From positions 1 through 31,188 of IMG/VR virus record IMGVR_UViG_3300016667_001244: DNA of 31,188 nucleotides, one strand, 5' to 3'. Position numbers and translations under genes: made by a program. This document shows positions 10,747 through 17,923 of the stretch, piece by piece; position 1 is the stretch's first letter; each line of letters starts with the position of its first letter. Source of the stretch: a virus. Lineage: Duplodnaviria > Caudoviricetes. A model generated the notes under the pieces. It ran no database searches, was not told the origin of the DNA, and saw nothing but the letters and a program-made list of their open reading frames with translations.

Positions 10747-11373
10747 TATGCCTCATATCGTATATCTGATATCAAATCCCCTCACAAATAAAGTGTATGT
10801 TGGATATACGAAGCATACGCTTGAAAAGCGTTGGAATCAACATTGCAAAAATGCAATGAAAGCAAAGACCAATACACCTTTTTATAATGCAATAAGAAAA
10901 TATGGAACGGATATATGGGTACATTCTATATTAGAAACTTGTGCCTTGGCAGATGAAGCTAAAGCACAAGAGGTAAAGTATATTGAGAAATATGACTCAT
11001 ATAAAAACGGGTATAATGCTACTTTGGGTGGGGACGGCAATCACGGCATAATCATGTCAGAAGAAAGTAATAAAAAAAGAAGCGAAGCATTGAAAGGTAT
11101 ACCTAAAAACTATAATCGTATGCATGGAAAACATCACACAGATGAAACCCTTCAAAAAATGAGGAAACCAAAAGCAAATAAAGATGCATACCAAACCGAT
11201 TCATTCAAAGAAAAAATGCGATTGGTGCAATCTAAAGCTTCCAAGGAAAGAAGATCCTTATCTAAGGAGCAATATGATCAGATATATGATTATATGGAAA
11301 AAGGGTATTCTAAAAAACAAATAGCTACAATATTGTCTATAAGTTATGATATTGTCAAAAAATGGTCTTGCCG
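10699..11373 (+). repeat. 11-bp direct repeat TGGTCTTGCCG (10699-10709 and 11363-11373) bracketing the endonuclease
   Basis: Exact match, in frame (WSCR) in both genes. Confidence 0.85.
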
Positions 11374-11383
11374 TAAGTGGTGA
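10748..11383 (+). mobile_element. Free-standing GIY-YIG homing endonuclease (NUMOD3 plus C-terminal HTH)
   Basis: ATG at 10748 follows the upstream stop. Motifs: IVYLISN...VYVGYT, RWNQH, FYNAIRKYG, catalytic E (AQEVKYI), GYN, NUMOD3-like MHGKHHTDETLQKMR, HTH-like GYSKKQIATILSIS. Visibly more AT-rich than its flanks. Confidence 0.9.
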
Positions 11384-11386
11384 TAA

Positions 11387-11989
11387 TCAGCTAAAGAACT
11401 TGGCTTTTTCTTTCTGACCTTCCAACCAATGTTCTAAACAACGTGGCTCATATGTCTCCATGCCACCAATCAAGATTTGATCTGAAGACTTAGCATTTAG
11501 CTTTCTAAATGTTCTTGTAGCTTCATCGCCGCAAACAGAACATATCCCAACTAGCTTATAAACGTTGTTGGCAAGAGACAATAGATGTGGCATAGAACCA
11601 AATGGTTTGCCTTCACTGTCCAAGTCTAATCCAACAGCAACAATATCAATACCAGCTTTGAGATATTCACTGATATAAGTTGTGCATAGTGCATCAAAGA
11701 ACTGAGCTTCATCGATAAGCAACAAGTCAACGTTTTCTAAGTCTTGTTTTTCTAGAAACTCTAGAACACCTAAGCGTCTAACTTTATGACCTGTGGTTTT
11801 TTGAAGAGATGTTCCATCATGAGAAACAATGTCTTCTTCGCCGTAACGGTTATCGATTGCTGGCTTGACAACCACAATCTTTTTCTGTTCTTCTATGCCT
11901 TCTTCTAGTTCGGCAATAAGAGCAGTTGTTTTTCCGGCGTACATAGGACCGCAATAAACTGTTAGGATTCCGTTTGATGTTTTTTTCAT
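11387..11989 (-). CDS. tdk: Thymidine kinase (type II / TK1-like)
   Basis: GPMYAGKT P-loop, KPAIDNRY, LIDEAQF, GLDLD...PF, CSVC and YEPRC...H zinc/lasso motifs. Confidence 0.95.
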   Translation of the reverse strand: MKKTSNGILTVYCGPMYAGKTTALIAELEEGIEEQKKIVVVKPAIDNRYGEEDIVSHDGTSLQKTTGHKVRRLGVLEFLEKQDLENVDLLLIDEAQFFDALCTTYISEYLKAGIDIVAVGLDLDSEGKPFGSMPHLLSLANNVYKLVGICSVCGDEATRTFRKLNAKSSDQILIGGMETYEPRCLEHWLEGQKEKAKFFS

Positions 11990-12294
11990 GGTTTGTATGT
12001 AAACTCCAGTATAAGATCAGGGCCATCAATCAACTGTAACACTCTTACATCGTTATATTCAACAAGCTTGAGCATATTACCAAACCGATCATATTGCCTT
12101 ACAATCAACTTGCCAAACCTTGTTTCTTTTCTGGCGTTGGTTAGTGGATTGTTTGGTACTAATGGTCGAGTAAGATAAAACTGTCCAACAGGAAGTTCTG
12201 TTGAACCTAGTTTGGAGCGTTCTCCATCAAACTGATAGAGTTCTCCACCTTGAGGAAGAGGTATACCAATGGTATAAGTGAAGTGATGTGACAT
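11986..12294 (-). CDS. Hypothetical protein, weak resemblance to a tail-tube (gp19-like) fold
   Basis: 4-nt overlap with tdk. IVRQYDRFGN...LEFTY resembles the C-terminal half of tube proteins. Confidence 0.5.
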   Translation of the reverse strand: MSHHFTYTIGIPLPQGGELYQFDGERSKLGSTELPVGQFYLTRPLVPNNPLTNARKETRFGKLIVRQYDRFGNMLKLVEYNDVRVLQLIDGPDLILEFTYKP

Positions 12295-12336
12295 AGTGTT
12301 GATTGAGTATGTCAGATCAAATCAGTTATGTAAAAG

Positions 12337-12603
12337 TTAGAAACGTTGTGTGCGGGGATTTACGAACTGCTTTGCTTTTCCTGTCATTGCTCTAACGTCA
12401 GGGACGTTGTGGTGCGGCGCTTTGCTGGGAATGTCAGCTTGTTTTTCTGTTGCTTTACTGATTTCTTTGTTGATGCGTTCTATGAGCCAACGTTTGTAAG
12501 CTACTGGGAAGTTAAGATATTCGGAGTATGTCATCCCGTAATAGTAACCTAGCAAAAACATTGGCTCAAGTAGAACCGCTTCAATATCATCGGGCGTTAG
12601 GCC
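12337..12603 (-). CDS. gp51-like / tail-chaperone extension ORF, probably reached by frameshift
   Basis: FLLGYYYGMTYSEYLNFPV..KRWLIERI resembles gp51/GT-type C-terminal segments. The frame is open from the U7 run (GLTPDDIEAVLLEPM...), and the ATG at 12561 lacks a clear SD. Confidence 0.7.
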   Translation of the reverse strand, partial: GLTPDDIEAVLLEPMFLLGYYYGMTYSEYLNFPVAYKRWLIERINKEISKATEKQADIPSKAPHHNVPDVRAMTGKAKQFVNPRTQRF

Positions 12604-13486
12604 AAAAAAAGCTTGGGCCGAGTGGAACGGTCAATACCTCCGTGTGGCCACAGCTATTGCAAACGAAATCAGAACTCATGTCCACACCGGGTTCTGATTC
12701 ATCAAGCACCTTACGCAGCGCCAATGAATCTCTTGCTGGCATATGTTGACAGAACTGGTTGATAAATCCACGTTCGGTATTGCCTTCGATTGCGATGATG
12801 CTGTTCATCAACTTGGTTGTAACAAGGTTTTCTTGTACAATACCCTTCTTGCGCTTGGCTTCGATATCTTGCAAGATTCTTTCTTCTTCTTTTCCAGTGA
12901 GGAACTTGAAGATAACTGTTTTCTTGGAAAGTGGGAGAGTATATTCAAACGCATTTTGGCCTATTGCAACTTGTTTAAGCTTGCTGAGATCAAGTTCTTT
13001 AACAGGTAGCGATTCAAGATTAACAGAAAAATCTTGTTGTGATTCACAGGCAGGGCAAGTAACCTTTGGAGAATAATCTGCACCGTAACCTGTAATACGT
13101 ACAGCAATCATGAGTGCGTTTCTATCGCCAGAAATCATCGAGTTTACATCAATGTTCTTGTCGATCATGCAGCTCTTGATAAGTTCTGTTACAACAGTTC
13201 CCTTGCGAACAAGGGTACGGTTCATGAGAATATCTTCTTCTCTTGCTGTCATTGGCTTAAGTTCAACTGTTTCGGCCATATGAAGAGGACCATCTGGATA
13301 TACAAGACCTCTTGATGGCAGAGGCACTTCTGCTACTGGTAGATCAAAACCAATAGCTTGTCGAGCAGCTTGCGCTGCTGTTTGTACTGGCATACCTTGT
13401 ACGTTTGGAAGGCCACCTTGTGCCGCTTGCTGTGCTGCAAAAATGCTGTTTTTAAGTTCTCTTGACTCTTCTTCTGTCATTGACAT
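12587..13486 (-). CDS. T4 gp26-like baseplate hub / tail assembly chaperone
   Basis: LPSRGLVYP, KPMTAREEDIL, GDRNALMIAVRITGYG, two CxxC pairs (CPAC, CNSC), C-terminal FFWP, GGAG SD. Confidence 0.8.
   Translation of the reverse strand: MSMTEEESRELKNSIFAAQQAAQGGLPNVQGMPVQTAAQAARQAIGFDLPVAEVPLPSRGLVYPDGPLHMAETVELKPMTAREEDILMNRTLVRKGTVVTELIKSCMIDKNIDVNSMISGDRNALMIAVRITGYGADYSPKVTCPACESQQDFSVNLESLPVKELDLSKLKQVAIGQNAFEYTLPLSKKTVIFKFLTGKEEERILQDIEAKRKKGIVQENLVTTKLMNSIIAIEGNTERGFINQFCQHMPARDSLALRKVLDESEPGVDMSSDFVCNSCGHTEVLTVPLGPSFFWPNAR
12604..12610 (-). promoter_or_regulatory. Putative programmed frameshift site (UUUUUUU)
   Basis: AGC TTT TTT TGG in frame 0; the +1 frame reads TTT TTT GGC CTA ACG into the downstream ORF. 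Confidence 0.6.
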
Positions 13487-13558
13487 ATATATTACTCCGA
13501 TGCTAGTTGATACAACTATACTAGCATCTCAGAGTTTCAATGTATTAGATTATAATGT

Positions 13559-13936
13559 TCAAAGAGTGGGAAGATCTTTTTCGACTGTGTTGCCAGCTGC
13601 AACACTTGAGGATTTGCCAGCTTTTTTGGTTTCTGGTTCTTTTTGGCGCTCGGAGAGATTTTTAACAACTTCGGAGGCGTGAACAACAGCTTCAATCATT
13701 TTGCTGTGCATGTCTGCCATTGCTTGAGCATAGATTTGTTGTTCGTCGTCTGAAAGTTCATCTGGGTCTTTTAGTTCAAGAGCATCAACAATGTCTTCTT
13801 CAAACTTCATTGCTGTTTGTTGTGCTTGAATGGTCAAAGAACGAATGGCTTGAAACTTTTTACCTTCTTTAAGAACTTGAATCTTGCGTTCAACCATTAA
13901 AGAAACAAGTCGTTTGAGTTTTTCTTCGGTTAGCAT
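13559..13936 (-). CDS. Acidic helical hypothetical protein, putative head-associated
   Basis: GAGG SD, N-terminal LKRLVSLMVE...LKE leader. Confidence 0.7.
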   Translation of the reverse strand: MLTEEKLKRLVSLMVERKIQVLKEGKKFQAIRSLTIQAQQTAMKFEEDIVDALELKDPDELSDDEQQIYAQAMADMHSKMIEAVVHASEVVKNLSERQKEPETKKAGKSSSVAAGNTVEKDLPTL

Positions 13937-13948
13937 TTTGTTACCTCT

Positions 13949-14353
13949 TCAGTCTTGCTTGTATTTTAAGTAGTTGTGAATAGAATCTATCATCGCAGAG
14001 GCAACAGCGATTTTTTCTTGAACCCATTCCTCATTGTTTGGAACACTAGAAGCTAGCTTGCGAAGTTCAAGAGCTTTGTCTGACATTTTTGAAAGGTTGG
14101 CAACAATCATACTTTTCTCGCCTTGATCAGCATCATCCCAACGTTCAGAAGAATCATTGCTCATAGGTTCATCCATATCTTCATGTCCACCATGAGATAA
14201 ACCGGGAAACAAACCAGAACGCATTTCCGGCTCGCCGAGCTGAATAACTTTAACTTCTTCTGGTTGAATACCCATTCCGGCGTCTTTCATCGCTTCGCAA
14301 GCACATTCTTTAATCAAAGCTTTAAGTTGCTTATAAGTAAGCTGCTTTTTCAT
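13949..14353 (-). CDS. Hypothetical protein, putative head-associated
   Basis: N-terminal LTYKQLKALIKE; C-terminal EEWVQEKIAVASAMIDSIHNYL segment of a type recurrent in large phages. Confidence 0.75.
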   Translation of the reverse strand: MKKQLTYKQLKALIKECACEAMKDAGMGIQPEEVKVIQLGEPEMRSGLFPGLSHGGHEDMDEPMSNDSSERWDDADQGEKSMIVANLSKMSDKALELRKLASSVPNNEEWVQEKIAVASAMIDSIHNYLKYKQD

Positions 14354-14357
14354 AACG

Positions 14358-14963
14358 TTATTTTCTCACCTTCTGGCTTAACTGCTTATAAAGTAAATAT
14401 TCTCGCAAACTGGTTTGCAATCTAGATTCTTTTACAGGAGCAGCAAGAGCAGCAGGAGCAGCAGGAGCAGCAGGTGTCTCTGTTGGAGCTTCTTCTTCCT
14501 CTTCACCGTCCGCTTCTTTTTCTTCTTCTTTCTCCGCTTTTTTCTCTGCTTTTTCTGGTACTTTAAACTTGAAGGTTTTAATGATGTGCTTGACTGCTTT
14601 TTTTATGTTTTCAGGAACTTTTTCTTCTGTGGCTTTTTCATCGTCGTATTCATCGCTGTCTTCTTCTGGTGCTTCTTCCTTGTTTTTCACGTAGGCAACC
14701 AAAGCTTCTGTGTCCGCTTTTTCTGCGCCGTTTTGCAAAGAAGAAAGAATCGTTTTCTTGATATCGATAGGTGTCTTTGATGCAAGAGTCTTAATGGTTT
14801 TTTCCATCTTGTTTTCTTCGTCATCGACCTCGACATCCTTACCCTCACCAGCATCAGCAGTTGGTTCTGCTGGGGGAGCAGCGGGTGGTGGTGGTGCTTG
14901 TTCCATTAAAAATCGATCGATTTCTTGATCGATAAGTTGCAACAATATTGTTTGATACTTCAC
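14358..14963 (-). CDS. Acidic, Pro/Ala-rich low-complexity protein (scaffold-like)
   Basis: GTG start with AGGAGG SD, E/D-rich tracts, PAAPAAPAA repeats. Confidence 0.75.
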   Translation of the reverse strand: MKYQTILLQLIDQEIDRFLMEQAPPPPAAPPAEPTADAGEGKDVEVDDEENKMEKTIKTLASKTPIDIKKTILSSLQNGAEKADTEALVAYVKNKEEAPEEDSDEYDDEKATEEKVPENIKKAVKHIIKTFKFKVPEKAEKKAEKEEEKEADGEEEEEAPTETPAAPAAPAALAAPVKESRLQTSLREYLLYKQLSQKVRK

Positions 14964-14975
14964 GGGTTCTTCCTC

Positions 14976-14996
14976 CTTCTATTGGTTATGTTCCAC
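14976..14996 (-). repeat. 21-bp element GTGGAACATAACCAATAGAAG; second copy inverted at 31168-31188
   Basis: 20/21 identity with the + strand sequence at the window end. Confidence 0.8.
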
Positions 14997-15688
14997 TAGT
15001 CTTTTTCTGCGCTTGATATTTTTCGAACGATTCGACGTATAGCTAGCCAACTAGATATTTTCTTGTAGATATTGGTTCCCATCCAACTTTCATCTTTAAG
15101 ATGTTTTCTAACCATGCTTGGAAATGGCCATGTCCAGTAATAAAGGTTGGTGCATAGTTGTTTTTCTATCCATTCATACGTTGGAATCATTTGTTCGTCA
15201 GTTAGTTTTTCATCCTTTCTTGCAAACAATATACTTGTTCTATACGCTCTTAGTTCAAACCAATAACGAAAAGGAGCAGGTATTGGCAACAGACAAACCA
15301 AAAACAACAAACACCAAATAAACGATAGCTTCCAAAACGCTAGGAGGCTTAATAGAGCCAGTGGAGCAAGCGACTGAGGAAAGAGATACAAGAAACCAAA
15401 CAACGGCTTAGAAAAGCTTTTAGTGTCGTTTACGTGGATTGTTTCATGCACCACAACTCTTAGCATTGATTCGCTGTCAGGATTCGCCAATATTTCGTCT
15501 GGAAAATAAACAGTGTGACCAATAGTGGTTATATAACGTGTCATGAAATCGGGGGATATTCTGGTTACTTTGAATAACCAACCTATCGTTTTCATTAGCT
15601 TTGAAGAGTTTTTTGGCTGAATGATTATTTGCCCATAATCTTTGCCAACAGTATCGATATATGTTGCAACATCTTTTGGTAGCTCCAT
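14996..15688 (-). CDS. Membrane-associated zincin-like metallopeptidase
   Basis: Start reassigned to ATG 15688 (AAGGAG SD). HETIH (HExxH), a hydrophobic hairpin, then FELRAY carrying a candidate third-ligand Glu. Confidence 0.7.
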   Translation of the reverse strand: MELPKDVATYIDTVGKDYGQIIIQPKNSSKLMKTIGWLFKVTRISPDFMTRYITTIGHTVYFPDEILANPDSESMLRVVVHETIHVNDTKSFSKPLFGFLYLFPQSLAPLALLSLLAFWKLSFIWCLLFLVCLLPIPAPFRYWFELRAYRTSILFARKDEKLTDEQMIPTYEWIEKQLCTNLYYWTWPFPSMVRKHLKDESWMGTNIYKKISSWLAIRRIVRKISSAEKD

Positions 15689-15720
15689 GTTGTCTCCTTC
15701 AACAAAATAAATACAACCGC

Positions 15721-15748
15721 TTGACATGTTTTTTTCGGTGTGTATACT
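15721..15748 (+). promoter_or_regulatory. Sigma70-type promoter for hsp20
   Basis: TTGACA-N16-TATACT, then an AAGGAG SD before ATG 15798. Confidence 0.7.
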
Positions 15749-15797
15749 GGTTTTAGATCGCTGGTAACGAACCAGCAAACACAAGGAGAATATAATC

Positions 15798-16160
15798 ATG
15801 ACAACATTACTCGCACCCTATGATGCAATCTACAACCGTTTCTTTGGCCTTCCTCAAACATCTGCTTGGAATACACACTCCTACGATGTAAATGACGAAA
15901 TCGTGCAAGAAGCAGATGGATCATACAAGCTAACCGTAGAAGTACCCGGTTTTAGTCGTGAAAATGTGTCCCTTACAACCAAAGGAACACAACTTGTTAT
16001 CAACCTACAACGTCCAGAAAAAGATAAAAAAACTCTAACTTATCATCTTGGTAGCAAGGTTGATGCATCTGGAATCACAGCAACTTGCAAAGATGGAATA
16101 CTAACCGTGCTCTGCCCCGTCAAAGCATCAGAGCAACCTCGTGAGATTCCAGTAAACTGA
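15798..16160 (+). CDS. Small heat shock protein (Hsp20 / alpha-crystallin domain)
   Basis: YKLTVEVPGFSRENV ... VDASGITATCKDGILTV..P and a C-terminal IPV (IxI/V) motif. Confidence 0.9.
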   Translation: MTTLLAPYDAIYNRFFGLPQTSAWNTHSYDVNDEIVQEADGSYKLTVEVPGFSRENVSLTTKGTQLVINLQRPEKDKKTLTYHLGSKVDASGITATCKDGILTVLCPVKASEQPREIPVN

Positions 16161-16181
16161 ACAACCTCTAATATACCAAAC

Positions 16182-16229
16182 AACCCCGGTTTAACAGGAA
16201 ACCCCTGTTTTTCCGGGGTTTTTATTTTC
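16182..16229 (+). terminator. Rho-independent terminator after hsp20
   Basis: AACCCCGG-ttt-AACAGG-loop-CCTGTT-ttt-CCGGGGTT followed by a T-rich tract. Confidence 0.8.
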
Positions 16230-16258
16230 TTTAGATTCGTATTTATACATGATATTCT
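16230..16258 (+). promoter_or_regulatory. Extended -10 promoter of the VWA gene (probably leaderless mRNA)
   Basis: TTTAGA-N17-TATTCT with TGn; ATG 6 nt after the -10 box; no SD. Confidence 0.55.
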
Positions 16259-16264
16259 ACTGTC

Positions 16265-17590
16265 ATGGCAAACGAAAACAACGATACGACAAACAAGGTT
16301 ACTTCTCTCGACGTACGTCACGAGCCCGATCCCAACGTTCCAAGCGAGGAATATCGTTTCGACCGTGATTTTATCGAGCTTATGCAAGAAGAGCCATTTC
16401 TTGGAGGTATGTCTATGCATATTCCCAAGATTGCGGATTGGAAGGTAGATACTGCATACGTTTGTGCAGACAAGCAAGGCAATATCAAGATGGGTTATAA
16501 CCCTGATTTCATGCGTTCACTGCCTAGCAAGCACCGACGTGGTGTGCTTATGCATGAGATTTTTCACGTTGCGTTCATGCATATTGCAGAGCGTAGTGTT
16601 GCAGACCGCAAGCGTTCTCGTTTGTGGAACGTTGCTGCCGATCTTGCAATCAACAGCATTATCGGTCAGGATAAACTTCCTGAGTTTTGTCTGATGCCGG
16701 GGCGTGCTCCTAAGACCGATGACCCCAAGCTTGCTGAACTTATCAAGAGCTTCCCTAAGCTTGAATCTGCTGATTGGTACATGGCTCGTTTGGAAGAGTA
16801 TGCCGAGGAGAACGGCAAGCAGAACGATGAGGGTGAGTATACCCTTGAAATCGGTAACGGTGAGGGTGAGACTCTGGATTCTCACGGTGGTTGGGGTGAC
16901 GTTCCCGATGAGCTTCGTGATATCATGCGTGAGCAGGTTCGTGAGCTTGTTGAGAAGGGTGCCAAGGCTGCACAACAGCGAGCCTCATGGGGATCGATCC
17001 CCTCTGAGATCGCTTCTCAGATTGAGAAGCTTTTGAAGAATGAGCTTGATTGGAAGGCTATTCTGCGTATGTTTATCGGACGTACCCGTAGCATGGAGCG
17101 TAACAGCACCATGAAGCGTATCAACAAGCGTCTCCCGTATATGATGCCGGGAGTAAAGCGTAATACGGTTGCCAATATCCTGTGTGCCATCGATCAATCT
17201 GGATCGGTAAGTGATGAGGATGTGCAGCGATTCCTTGCAGAGACTTTTGCTGCTTCTAAGGAAGGCAAGATTGATATCATTAACTTCGATACGGAGATGG
17301 ATGAGAAGTCTATGCAGTCCGTTACCAATGGCCAAAACTTCAAGTGGAAGCGTACCCGTTGTGGTGGCACTGACTTCGATGCAGTCCAGCGTTACCTTAA
17401 TGATTCCAAGCGTCGGGGCAAGTACAGTGCTTGCATCATGATGACCGATGGTTATGCACCCAAGATGGGTGCCGTTGTGGGAACCAAGGTTATGTGGGTT
17501 ATTACCGAAAATGGTGATATGTCTGCGGCTCGACCCGGTGACTTGGTTGTTAAGATGAATCAGAAGGATAAGACTGTCAAGCGTGTGTGA
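16265..17590 (+). CDS. Metallopeptidase-like (HExxH) plus VWA domain protein (DUF2201-type)
   Basis: LMHEIFH, WNVAADLAIN, acidic linker, MIDAS DQSGS, GGTDF, MTDGY. Confidence 0.9.
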   Translation: MANENNDTTNKVTSLDVRHEPDPNVPSEEYRFDRDFIELMQEEPFLGGMSMHIPKIADWKVDTAYVCADKQGNIKMGYNPDFMRSLPSKHRRGVLMHEIFHVAFMHIAERSVADRKRSRLWNVAADLAINSIIGQDKLPEFCLMPGRAPKTDDPKLAELIKSFPKLESADWYMARLEEYAEENGKQNDEGEYTLEIGNGEGETLDSHGGWGDVPDELRDIMREQVRELVEKGAKAAQQRASWGSIPSEIASQIEKLLKNELDWKAILRMFIGRTRSMERNSTMKRINKRLPYMMPGVKRNTVANILCAIDQSGSVSDEDVQRFLAETFAASKEGKIDIINFDTEMDEKSMQSVTNGQNFKWKRTRCGGTDFDAVQRYLNDSKRRGKYSACIMMTDGYAPKMGAVVGTKVMWVITENGDMSAARPGDLVVKMNQKDKTVKRV

Positions 17591-17602
17591 AAGGGATAAA
17601 CG

Positions 17603-17824
17603 ATGTTCCAGTATTATTGGCCAGAAGAAGTTTGTTGTGACAAATGCGGCACTAGCCGCACAGGCTCAACATTTTATATCAGCGAGGAACCACTTTACTC
17701 CGTTTGCACAGTATGCGATCCTATTGCACGCAAAGATGCTATTAGGTTTGCAAACAATCTTTCAGAAGAAGATTTCGCAAACGGATGGGAATGGTTGCAA
17801 CTGGCAGAACACCAGTGTGGCTAA
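17603..17824 (+). CDS. Small Zn-ribbon protein
   Basis: CDKC...CTVC pairs, AAGGGA SD, fills the gap between the VWA and AAA genes. Confidence 0.6.
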   Translation: MFQYYWPEEVCCDKCGTSRTGSTFYISEEPLYSVCTVCDPIARKDAIRFANNLSEEDFANGWEWLQLAEHQCG

Positions 17825-17865
17825 ACCCCTGTAAATACAGCAAAAACAAAAAAATAAGAATAAGT

Positions 17866-17894
17866 TTTAGAAAATCTCAACAAGCTGATATACT
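17866..17894 (+). promoter_or_regulatory. Extended -10 promoter of the AAA gene with A-rich UP element
   Basis: TTTAGA-N17-TATACT with TGn, preceded by A-tracts at about 17842-17860. Confidence 0.6.
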
Positions 17895-17923
17895 GGATTC
17901 AGAAAGGTTAAGGAACAAAACAA

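Noticed and set aside
10649-10747. Upstream extension of the GIY-YIG ORF, or a group I intron around it
   Set aside because: ATG 10748 directly follows the upstream stop and precedes the GIY motif. There is no non-coding room for an intron core on either side.
15689-15799. Longer N-terminus of the metallopeptidase ORF
   Set aside because: It overlaps the hsp20 promoter and SD; ATG 15688 has a strong SD.
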